Source: Schizochytrium sp. TIO01
Lineage: Eukaryota > Protista > Bigyra: Labyrinthulomycetes
Length of the DNA: 64,000 nucleotides
Assembly (NCBI GenBank): GCA_004764695.1
Contig: SMSO01000033.1
Location: 1,240,001-1,304,000 of the forward strand
Direction of reading: 5' to 3'
Positions 41,772 through 54,184 of this stretch are shown here, piece after piece. Each line of letters begins with the position of its first letter. The first letter of the stretch is position 1. The position numbers and the translations under genes are program-made. Under the pieces are notes generated by a model, which was not told the DNA's origin, searched no databases, and saw only the letters and a list, made by a program, of their open reading frames with translations.

Positions 41772-43122
41772 TTTCTTACCTCGCCTCCTCCACATCTTTC
41801 TTTTTAAACAAGGACCTAAATCTTCATGACATAACATTTGTACGGAATAAAAACTACCATTCGGGGGTTATGTAACTTCTAGCGTTTTCGCAGGTCAAGC
41901 ACGTGCTCCAGCAAAAAGAAAGTTCAAAGGGATTCACCTTCACAATCTCATAAGTACATTTGAAAGAACTAGGATCTCCAAGAGACGATGAAGAATGAAG
42001 GGAGGAAATCAAAACGACACATAGCAGTCGGTAGGTATGCCTAGCAGCTAGGTAGCAAGCAGTAAATGGCAGGTTTCAAGACAAGACAAGACAAGACAAA
42101 ACAAAACAAGACAACCTTCGCTCCAGTACGGAGGAAACAGAAAAAGAACACTAATCTCCGGACTAGCGTGATGTCCGCGCTGTAGGAGCCACGGAAACAA
42201 ATCCGAGAGAACGGTCTTCTTCTGCTAGCAGAGGCTCTCTTCGCTGCTCTCTCTCTCTCTCTGACGATTCGGACGCCGCCGAGGACGAGATCGCGCTTAC
42301 ATTTTAAAAATTGATTGGGCGCCTGAGGAGCCAACAAACAAGAAACTTCTATGCTTAGTTTCTTTCTTTTCTCTCTTCTTGACTGAACTGGAAAGGAGAG
42401 GAGAGGAGAGGAGAGGAAAGGAAAGAACATCAAAACAACGAAACAACAAAAACGTTTTCCCTCCTCTTCTTCCTTTTGGTCCATCTTGGTGGTTCAAACC
42501 TTTTAAAAGATATAGATAGGCCTATACTTCCTTGCTTCCTTCCTTCCTCACCATCCACGGAAAAAAGTAGAGAAACGGAAACAAAGAAACCAGCCAATCA
42601 ATCAATCAATCAATCAATCAATTCAAATAAATAAAAACATTAAAATTAATTAGTTATGAAAGGAGGTTTTTATAATAATAATAAATTGAAAATGAAAATT
42701 AAAGAAGCGCACTTCGTTTGCGATTGTGTACTTCTTTCTTCGCCTTCTGAGTTATGGTCATCTCTGCAGAGCACTTGACTCATTGAGAGAACGACTGACT
42801 GACTGAATGACTGTGAGAGACTCACGAGAGCCATTCGCATACCATGACATTCCAAAGCGAAGGCCATGGCCACGCTGCCGTTGATCATTTGCGGAGCAGG
42901 CCTCGAGAAGGCCGTTTGTTTGGTGATTTGATAGTTAGTTACAGCTGGCTGCAGGGCAACTGGAAGAGGGCTGTTGAGCTCCCTTCATTTGCAGCAACAA
43001 CTATTTTGCAAACTTCTTCTCAAAGCGAGCGAGGTCGTGGATCTTGGTCCAAGAAGTTCTAGGCCGCCGCACTTCAGGTTTCTATGCCATGAGCAAGAGG
43101 GAATTTCTCTCAAAGAGGCATG

Positions 43123-43272
<150 letters not shown>

Positions 43273-44607
43273 TTCATCATCATCATCATCACGTGCCATT
43301 TAATCGAAGGCCATAGATTCTAAAGTCGCAAATTGCAGAGAGCTGGGTGGTTGATTAGGCCCTCCTCAATTATCGCTTCCCTACGCACGCAAATCTCTCC
43401 TCTCTGGCTTTGCAGGCGGCCTTGAAGACAGAGCCACGATTGGCGTCACTTTGCAATTTATCCGCAATCTGCATCAACAAACAAACAAACAAACAGACAA
43501 AGAAACCAACAAACACACAAGCAAACCAGCAACAGCAAACGTTCAGGCTCACGCGGCCAAAGGCTGTCTGTCTGTCTGTCTGTCTGTCTGTCGGCCGGTC
43601 TGTCAGTCAATTCCCAGAGCGCGCGCTGGCGCGCGAGCGAGCCAAGCGATGAGCTCCAAGCAGCGGCGCTCTCATACCTACGTGCTGCATGATGGCGAAG
43701 CGCGGCGGGTCGAGTTTGCGAACTTGACGCCAGTCACTCCTCACAGAGAGGCGAGGCAGTGCGCCTGAGAAGCTGCCAGCTTCACGAAAACAAAGCTGCC
43801 AGCTTTCAGAAAGTGCGCGCTGATGGAAGACCCGCCAGCACAATCGGAACTATGCTCCTGTTCTCTTCATTGGAGCGGTACGCGCATGGAACGTGTAGAT
43901 ACAAGTTTTGCGAGGCCGCAGCTAGCCTTTTTGTCGAAAAGGGTCGAATCGTTCCTCGCGTAATAGGGATCTTCTCTCTGGCCGCAGTGACTGACTGACT
44001 TGAGGGTTGATAGATAACAAGGACGGGAATGGCTGGCCAAAAGCACGGAATGCTGAGCGGAGCGCCGGCTTGAGAAGTCGTTTGAGGAGCAGGTGGATAG
44101 ATAGATAGATAGATAGATAGACGGATGCCTTCAGATTTTGATGACTCATAAAAGGGGCATAGATGTTCCTGTTATCGAAGGCTGACTTAGCACACCACAT
44201 AGTACTTGTTTAATTCCCTACTAAAGGAAAAGAAAAAAGAGTGTTCTAAAAGAAAAGAAAAGAAAAAGAAAAGGAAGGCAAAGGGAGCGAACAAAGCGGA
44301 GACTCACTCATGCATTGATAGATTAATTTATTAATCTAATTATAAAAAAAAACAAGGAAAACACCAAAGGACGAAGATGCTGCTCAGGTTTGGTTTTCCC
44401 TTCATGCACGAAGAAAGCTGCTGCCTTCGCCTCTCTCGCGCTGCATCGCGTCTCATTCCTCTGTCTCCGCCCGCGGTACGGGCACTGATCTCAAGGGCGG
44501 CGGCTTCTCGAGCTGCTTATTGTGCATGAGATTTGCTGCCTCTTTCGCCGAATGACTGACTGACTCTGCACGTCGTGGAATCAGATATTTGTTTGATGCA
44601 GGAGGCC

Positions 44608-44622
44608 ATAGATAGATAGATT

Positions 44623-44696
<74 letters not shown>

Positions 44697-44704
44697 CAGA
44701 TAGA
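44608..44704. repeat. (GATA)n microsatellite, ~24 units, nearly perfect
   Basis: Read directly; a shorter GATA run also occurs at ~44096-44121. Confidence 0.95.
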
Positions 44705-45091
44705 CCTGCCGTTCTTTCCGTTGAAAGTGAACACAGAGCAGTTAACTACTAACTAACTTACCAACTAACTAGAAGTGGCTCCCTTCCTTTCCTTACTTTT
44801 TGATCTGTTTGCAGATGCTCATGCGGACCCACTCATTGGTGGATGAGACGGAATACCGACTTAGGGTTGCGCTGTGCAAAAGCTGGCAAGGGAGGGTTTT
44901 ACGGATGAAGGTGATGCCATCAGAACGACTAATCTCTCTTTCCAGGGGTTTTCAGAGAGAAGGGAAGAAGAGAGCGGCGGCCATTGCCGATTGGGAAATA
45001 CAGGTTTTCTGATTACTACACGGAAATAACATGGATTCATTTTTTAATACCTATTTTCATTTTAAAATTAAAAATAAAAATGCAAGAGAAG

Positions 45092-45135
45092 AAGAAACAA
45101 AGAAACAAAGAAACAAAGAAACAAAGAAACAAAGA
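45092..45135. repeat. (AAGAAACA)n 8-bp tandem repeat, ~5 units
   Basis: aagaaacaaagaaacaaagaaacaaagaaacaaagaaac. Confidence 0.85.
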
Positions 45136-48100
45136 ATAGGCTAAGAATCAGACGTCGTTGCTTTCGAGTACAACCCAAAAAAAAGACCTCTGTGTGTTTG
45201 TGGTCTCTTTCATTTCCCTCTTTCCTCAGGATGTCAGACTACAATATCTGAAAGAGGACGGCGCTTACTACAAGAAAAAGGAATAGAGTAAGAAAGAAGC
45301 AGATCATGCAAGCAGTGAAAATTTATACGTATATAAAGCAAAACAAATTGACAAACTTGATAGCGAGAGATTTGGGAGAGCGTAATAAGAAAAGTTGAGT
45401 GAGACTCATCAAGCTCCTTTTTAACTTTAAAATAATAATAATTAAATAATAGTAGTTCTTTATTTATCTTTAACCTACACGTATTGTCAATTATTATAGA
45501 AAGATGATGGATGCATCGGCGCATGAAAAGCGGCAGTCGCTCAAGGCGGTCCAAAGTAAGCGAAGGTATGTGCGGCCGTCCCGGATGGCGCTCGTTTTGA
45601 AGCGTTGTTATTTGGGTTTGCGTGAACGATCAGTTATTTTTGTGAAAGGGTGAGGTCTCTGGTTGAAGACATGAGGAGCGAGGTCTCTCATATATGCGAG
45701 GCCGCCTTCGACCGACCGACCTTCGTCAAAGGGAACGAATACACCGTGTGAATAAAAAGTTAAAATACGAAAGTGCTGTCTCCTCGCTTTTTCATTTCCC
45801 ACCATTTCATTAAAAGCAAATTAGCATAAGTATTATTATAAAAAAAAAAAATGAAGACTATAAAAAAGAAAGAAAAAGGGTTTAGATTAAAATTAAGATC
45901 AAAATTAAAGAAGAGTTTTTAATTAAAGGTTGACGTAAGACCTTGAATGATTTTGGGAAAGTTGATAAAGCCACTAGTTAGAGAAGCTAAGTTTAAAAAA
46001 GCTTTTAATCTCGGTAAAAAACTCAAGCTAAAACAGGAAACAGTCACTCAAATAAGAGGCCCATAAAGTTATCAATATGATCATGTATGCTTTCGCCATG
46101 GGATATTTAAACGATTCCTGGCAAGTAAGGAATAAGTAAGGTCGTAAGTAGGCTTCTAATGCCTTCATATTGATCCATTCGCATCGCGACGCGCAATTGG
46201 ATTGAATAGCTTGAGGCCTTTTCTTTCTTTTTTCGCCTCCGAAAGTGTCAGTTTTTATTATTTTAGTCTCAAGAATGGCAAAAAGAAATGCCCGTTCTAC
46301 CTACTGCTACTATCTACTAGTGCACTACCTCTAGAGGTACGCCGAAGATGAAGAAAAACAGCGACCACTACTTTTCTTCACCTCGTTCTACCTAGCTCTA
46401 GAGGTAGACGGACAAATAAAATACAACAGGTATTTACTTCCTGGCTGCTCCAAACTTGGCGTGATCTCTGGGGATAAACATTGTCTCTAACTTGCATTCT
46501 AGGCAGGTGCACAATATCTAAAGCCAACAACTTCGGGCCCTTGGAAATCGAACTATCGCATATATAATTAAGCGCTCGAACATCGATTACTCATATGATC
46601 AATTAACATTTTAGCATGATAAGCTTCCTAACCAATTATTTGAATTGGTACCTGGCTTTTAGGCATCTATCCATCTATCACATTGGGGTATCTCCCGATT
46701 TTAGCGGTTTTGGTTGTTTGCACCTATGGGAATCAAAGAGCCTCAATCTATCCCTGTGATGCCAGTGGTTGATTATTCAGCTCGTGGCAACCGTGACGAT
46801 TTGCAGATTCCTCGCGAGGACTTCATCGCGCCACTTTACTAACTCATGCTTCTGATGAGTGCGCGAGCAACAGTACGTGCGTGCACATTTAGGCTTGCTT
46901 TGGTTTATATACTGGATAATGAAAGACTGCAGCTGCCAAGAAAATGTGGACTTTGAGTTATTCCTTAATTCGTTTCAATGTGTCTCGGGCGGAAAATGTA
47001 GGATTTGCTTTGCTACAGATGATGCATAGCTCAAGCAAGCACAACGCAAAGTACGCTATTGAATTCTCAAAGATGTACAAATCTGACAAGGAGACTGCAA
47101 ATTACGTGCTAGATTGACTTCGATCTCTCATGGTCTGATTTACTTTCAATCCACGGGAAAAAAGCCTCCCAGTTAAGACTTGAACGATTTTGGAGAGAAC
47201 CCCGCTTGAAGGGTTGCGTTTCGATTGGTGGATAAAGGAAAGTTACTATCCCTCAGATGATGCTGCAAAATCGAATTAATGGACTGCCAAGCAACCTGAA
47301 ACCTTTTTTCATTTTACATGACGCAAATCCTATTTAATCGAATGCATTATGTTTATAATTATCATTAAACTATGATTGCAAGCAAACGCACATACAGATA
47401 CAAACTATTGAGGGGATTTAAGCCTCTGCGCTCTCTACGTTATGAGGAGTTCCTCGCGCATTCATGAAATTCAATGCAAGCCACCATTTTGCAATGACAA
47501 GTCAAAACATCAGAACAATCCTAGGTTTTTAATCGCGGCCCTGCCTAGCATCATGCCTGAAACCAGTCTATATCTCCAGCAAGTAAAAGGGAAAAATCCT
47601 CTCCATAGTGGCTCACCGATAGACATATCCGTCGATCTATCCTTTACAAACATTCGATTCTCGATCATCTCTCGATACCTGCTCTTACGTCCAAAGACCT
47701 GAAACTTTCGCAAAGCATGGGCGGCTGGCTCCGCCCAAATGTCCTCTCCTCGCTCCTTTTAATGCAACCTTATGTCTGGCTCGACATTCCTCAACTATTG
47801 ATATTTGCAAAAACCATTCTGCAAACTGGATATCAGAATCTGAGGTTCGTGGCTGAAGCACAAACAAATAGCATTTCGTAAGTCCAAGACAAAATTTGAT
47901 CAGAGTGCCGCCCATTCCATTCTATAGTGCGACTGATGTCCGAGAAGCCGCTCGTTTCGACAACAGAAATATGCTGCCTTCTTCAAAACCAAAGAACTAA
48001 TAATGTTTCTTTTGCGCTAGCCACAAATAGATTAAAGTTAAAAAAGAAATATGATTGATTGATTGATCCATTGATTGCGTCCGCAACAAATGACTGTAAA

Positions 48101-50717
48101 CTTGAAATGCTGATTTGCTTGTCTCACCCAGACTCCAAGTCAGCTTCACGAGTTCTGAGACGTCTCGTCGAAATAAAAGTTTCTAATAATTACCGGAGCT
48201 GTTCTGTGTCTTGTATTTCACCTTAAAAGAAAGAAAAGGAAAAGAACAGGTTGAAAAATCAGCAAGAGAAAAGAAAGAACCGAATGATTTAAGCGATCGC
48301 TCGCTTGTTCTTCTGAGTGGCTAATGATCAAACATCCGCTCTACCATTGAATCCATAATCGATGTTTTTAGAAAAAGCAGTCTTTGCTTCTGCTACACAT
48401 GATGCCGTTTTTCTCACTTCGTGGCTCGGCGCTAACCCAGGTTGGCGCTTTAGGGCTTCAAAGAGCAAAAAAAAGAGAGGAAATGGAAAAGGCTTATCTT
48501 CCCATATACACTCCCTACCTAGCTACCTACCTACAACAGAAGGGAAGATAGCGAAAATGAACGGCGCTGTGATAATTTTCACAATTGATTCTCTGAAGAA
48601 CGAACTTCAAACGGGGAAGCATCATTGTCCATGCGGCCGCACACAATCTGACTGTTGGCGTAGCTCACGAATAATTGAGGATGTCGGCGCTAATGTGCAG
48701 TTGAGCTCCACCTGTCGTTGCACATGCCAGCGGGAATTCGGAGAAAGAAAACTCCATTCTTCCCATTTTACATTGTTTGTAATTTTTATTTACATGCTTT
48801 AATTTAATTATTTAAAAGAACTATACTATAAAATAGAATAAAACATAAAAGGAAAGTAATAAGTACTAATAAAGAAGGAAATACTAAAAATAGAAACGCG
48901 ATTACTATACTACGATTCATGTGTTGCTTCGGTTCTACTTCGCGTGGCTGGCTGGCCAAGAGAGAAGAGGAGAGGAAGACTATGTTCAGGCCGAAGGAGG
49001 TTCGGAGCAAGCTTGATTTCCAAGTGTGCGCCTCAAACACCGTCAATTTGGAGGTGGTGCCCCTTCCTAGCTACTGCGTTTTTGTTTTATATTCTTACAA
49101 CTAGGCATCACTACTTTTATCATATTCTCTTTTCCAATTTAAAACTTTTTAATTTCGTGAAAAAGAAAAAGAGTAGAAATAACAAGGAGGAAAGGGAACT
49201 TGAGTTTGGAGGCCCATCTCTTGTGAGCGAGCACATACGTTCCAGGCGTTTGGAGGTGCTGCACGAAGGATGTAAAGCAGAAAGGGGAACGAACGAATAG
49301 CACTAGGGCCGGCCTCTCGGCATCTTTTGCAGTTTGTAAATCACGTATGCACATCAAAGTGAGGCAAATAAACTATTTGTGAATATGCTAATGTTGCTAC
49401 AAAAGAATTTGTGACTTAAAGTTGCTGTTTCACCTACACAAACCAAATTAAATGATGTTGATTTCTTTGAAGCCGCACTTATGTTTGTCTATGGATGATG
49501 TCCTCATGTTTCCACTAATGTGATGTCCCCAGTTCCTCATCTTCTGCAGAGTCGAATACTCTCTTTACATTTATAGCCATCAGCGCTAGATAATGTCAAG
49601 CAAGGATGAACAAATGCTGAAAAATCACAATGTGATTATGCGGCGCAGTAGTCTCCAAATATGCCCAACCCCATAAATTGTCCGAGATGTATTAAGGATT
49701 TGAAAATGTTATTTCGAAAGTTAACTCCATCGCAATGATAAGAATTAATCTATGGCTACGAAATGGTCTGTCGCCAGGTTCAATTGATATACAGTCCTGG
49801 ATAGTTGCTTTTATTTTGCACAAATATAAGACTCTCAATTTTACTTGAATTGCTTTCTGGCGAAATAAACATGGAAGGATTGGAAATCGCTATATCTCAA
49901 ATTTAACGACCTTTGCTGCAATATTTCTGGCTCGATTTGATCTCGAAAGTTTCACAATAAAGACTTTGCATGTATATTCGCTTTTGCTAACTCATGGAAC
50001 CTTGCCTCTTGCAAAGGGAATGCTTGCATGTGATAATGAGAAACCTTCTCTCGTCCCAGAAATGAAATCTCTTGAAATGATCAGCAATGCTACTCTTTAC
50101 GATGCAAGTTCAGGTGCACGTAATCTGAAAAACCTCGGTCCTCGAGTAAATTCTTTCATTCATAGAACCATAAGTAACAATTGGCAGCTCATGTTCCTGT
50201 GCATGAGTCTGGAAACCTATATCTATGCAATAGTAGAGGAGATCCCAGAAGAAATACGATTTCCTGTCGTTAGCAATTGATAAAAAAGGCCTTTGGAGAG
50301 AGAAAGAAAGTACACGTACGCCAGAATTAGCACTTCATGAAACTAAGCGAGATCTCATATCCATCACTGCTTTCTCTGAAGTAATTATGGCAAATTTCCA
50401 GTAGTGTAGTCCAGAGGAATCCTGGAGCAAGTCAACCAAGTGGCGAGAGGCTCATCACCTCGTCTGTATTCGCACCAACGAACTCGAACGGGCATTCGCA
50501 GGCTATGGCGTATCGCAGCACGAGTTTGCCTTCTTCCAGGGTAACCAGAGAGGGACTCTGAGGGCGATGCGAACACACCAATCCACAGATTATACTTGGA
50601 AGCAGGCGCGTCCTAGGCCTTATCCTACTGCGGATAGTAGTGTTCCCTAAGTAAAAGCTGGTATGAAAAACAAAGAATAAATCGGGGTTCAGCCCGGTGT
50701 GCGTGGCCTTCCATTGA

Positions 50718-50785
50718 TTCATTTCATTTCATTTCATTTCATTCATCTCATTTCATTCATCATCCTCATTATCATCATCATCATC
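50718..50785. repeat. (TTTCA)n grading into (CAT)n microsatellite
   Basis: Read directly from the sequence. Confidence 0.8.
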
Positions 50786-53700
50786 GTCTTCGACGTCCTC
50801 CTCAGCGCCCAGTCAAGAGGGTATCGAACATAGCTGGACAGCTCGATACTGCTGTCTCCGCAGCGCCATCATGATGGCAATTGAGAGTATGGCTGGTTTC
50901 TAGCTAGATGGTCAAAATGGGGGGCTGGACTGCCTGCCCTGCCCGACAAGCCTGGATTGAGACGAATAATCAGAAGTTTGTTTTCTTGAAATGAAAGAAC
51001 CGTTTCCATTCATACCTTTGTACGAGGCCTAATTTGGTGGCAATGGTGAGAATGAATGCAGAAGCATATTTGAAGAATAGGCTAGACCGATCGAGCCTAA
51101 TGTCTATGTAATGCGGCAAAAATACATACGGGTTGCGTTCTATTACAATCACGTCGCACGGTAAGGCTCTTGATGAAGAATAGCGTCACTTGTTAGAGAT
51201 GTTTCCTGAACAGGAAACTCACAGAGCTCGCGTCGGAAGAGGTGATAGGTATCGTGTAGCTACTGTCGTGCATATAATCAGTCATCAACAAGCATGGCTT
51301 CGAATTTGTAGTGAAGTTCTTCTTACCCTGTCAGCTTGCTTTGAGAAGACCTCTCTCTGTGTGTGCTAGTCATGATATTGTCGCAAGCAGGATTCCGCGA
51401 TTTTGGCAATATTCCTTGCTGCTGAGGGTGCGATACATCTCTTTAAAGAAAAGTTGTAACATACATACGTTCCTTCACAGGCAACATCAAACCTTTCTTC
51501 AAGTAAAACTCTCTAGCTGAATATGTCGCTTATGAAGGCGTACGACTGACTTCAAAATGTGATTCAAGACTTTTTGACTGCAAAGACAAAATAAGTCAAT
51601 CTTGGAGCGCATGGTTCGAGAGCTGAAAGGAAATAAAGTACCTGAGAAGGCTGAAAAGTGTGCAGAAAAGAAAAGAAACTTATCTCTAACAAGAAGAATA
51701 AAATAATAATGTATATGTGTATATGTTCAATAAACAAAAACAATTTCTCACATCAGGAGTTTACTTGGAATAGATAAGTGTCATCTTAGCATTGCGTACA
51801 TCCTAAAAAGCACAGGAATCTGCAAAGAAGCTCCTTCAGGGATACAAGTTAATCTTGTTTTGCCCCGCGTCTAGCAATTACCCTCATGACTATCCTCATC
51901 TGCACTGAAAAGCTCCCTTCGCCTTCTTATAATTCATAACAAAACATTTTAATTTTGGTTTTTTAAACTTTTACTTTATAATAAATCGAATGAAAACTGC
52001 GGAAGAAAATGGCCATCCAGCAACAACCCCAAACTGGCGCTGTTACATCATGGACCGGCCTCCACCGTGTCTAATTTCAATCTTTGTGGCCACATCGTTG
52101 TGAACATTTGGAGTTTATTGGCCCCAGCTTCATCGCAAGTTCATGCTCAGTCCTCGAACTGCTTCACTATCCGGGTAATAGCCTGCTTAGCTAAGTGCGA
52201 AAAGGTGAAACTGGATCTGCTACTGTGACTAGTAACTAGATAATGTAAGATGTATCCTTCCCCCGTAGCTAGAGACGCAAAGTTGGAAATTTCAAACTAC
52301 GACAAAGCAAAGCAGATCATGCAGGATACTTCTTCACGTAGCAACGCGAAGCGGATTCATAGAAAAACCATGCAGTGACCTACCTACTCCCGATTACATG
52401 ATCTCGCCAGCAAGGTGCTTCCTCACTTTGCGGCGTACTAGCCAAGGAGAAGTTTTCTAATAGAGATAGTACTGCAAGAACTTTCCCGCTGCGGCATGTT
52501 CAATGAAGAGATCATGCGACAAATATGCTGCCTAGGCTTTGAGAGGGTTTTACTTCTTCAGTGTAGTTGTCAGTAAGTTTGCTTTCCCTTTTCATCATTT
52601 CAATTGTCTCATTTTATGCTTCTGGCAAAGAAGTTTATTCTCCCACGCATCAATAATGCCATTTGCATTGCATGCTCATGCTTCTCGTATATGAGGTCCA
52701 TTAATTGTTCATGATGAAAAACGCGTTGCGACTTGGTTTAAGAGACATGCTTAAAATTGCTTCACATCCAAAGTATCCATTTTTTTGGAATCCTAACTTT
52801 CTATTTAATCTCGCCAAGAATCATATGGGCTGCAAGCTGATTATGGCGAGGAAGGAGGTTAAAAACTCATCTGGTACGGATGCATTGAATAGGAATTGGT
52901 ACCACTCGAAGATGTTCAAAATTAAAGGGATGGATTTTTGCACAGTCGCATGGCGCCAACTAAGTGCGTATCAAACCCAAAGTCTTGTTTTTAGCTAGAT
53001 TTCTTCCAGCATGCAGGTTTAGTTAAAGCTCTTGTTAAACCATTTCGTGAAAACAGACTTATTGAACTAAACTTTGATGATAAGACACACTATGAAGCAA
53101 ATATTGATTAGTAGTACATAAGTTTCATCAGGTACATGTCTCGTTCTTAAGGGTATCAAGTACAAAAGATGAAAAGGTTGTTCTATCATAAACCTATGAA
53201 GATATCTCTAACTACAAAGTGATTTACGTATCTTTCTAAAAGAGGGCAGAAGAAATGTTAGCACAGGCAAGTGGTCAAAAGGGAACAACAACCTGTCTTG
53301 ATTACAACGTCTTTGATCTAAAGATAGGTTTATCAATAAGTACAAAAGTATGCAATGCAAAATTCAACTTGGAAATATTGATACCCAAGCATGTGTTCTA
53401 TTTGAAATAATTGAAAAGGCTACTGACGTTATAACAATAATAATTTATTCTCGAAATCTCCATGCTTTCGAGATGTATCAATAGAATGCATTGAGCAGAC
53501 ATCTACTCAAATCTTTTGTTTGGTAAACGGACGTACGTGAAGTGGTTATTTATTAAACAAAAGGATAGAGAGGCGAGAGCTTGATATTAGCGATTGACCA
53601 CCCCTAACTATAATGTGTTCTTTTTTAGCAGAAGGTCATACATGTGTTCCTTTATTTTGTTTTTGATACAGGGTTCTATTGAGAGTGCCGTGAGCTTTGA

Positions 53701-54144
53701 TTTTTTTTGTTCAATTTGAGCCGTTTATTGGTGTGGATGGCTTTTCTCGGGTATCCCTTTGCATGAAAGCGGTTTAATACTGTAGGATGTTGCATCTAAA
53801 ACGCAACGATTCAACAACGTATGTTTGAAAGGAGTACGATAGTGGCGAGATACGTGACGCGTGCCCTTTAGAAGTAGAAGGAGAGTGTTGTTGTTGCTGT
53901 CTGTGCCCTCTCCTGGAGACTAGGTCATGTTGATGCAGAGTCATTTGAATGAGACCAAAAAACGGCCATACCTGGGTTTGGTACATGAAGGATCAATAGC
54001 AACACGTTCTGAAGCTGAGGGAATAATGTAGTACACGCTCCTAGCGTAAACAAGCTCGTGGCATGAAAGTTGCATGACGGCTAGACTCCTTCAAAATTGG
54101 CTTGTGTATTCTCGTGAAAACTACATCAGGGCCACCAATAATAA

Positions 54145-54184
54145 CATGATTTTATAGTGCGAATCATGATTTTATAGTGCGAAT
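54145..54184. repeat. Perfect 20-bp tandem duplication (CATGATTTTATAGTGCGAAT x2)
   Basis: Read directly from the sequence. Confidence 0.85.

Larger units (their letters stand above)
39881..41899 (-). mobile_element. Decayed IS607-like transposon (TnpA serine recombinase + TnpB/Fanzor2); ends approximate
   Basis: Adjacent or overlapping tnpA and tnpB remnants in IS607 order on the minus strand. Candidate ends are marked by the imperfect inverted pair CTTGACCTatGAA (39881-39893) and the reverse complement of 41887-41899 (CTTGACCTgcGAA). Confidence 0.8.
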
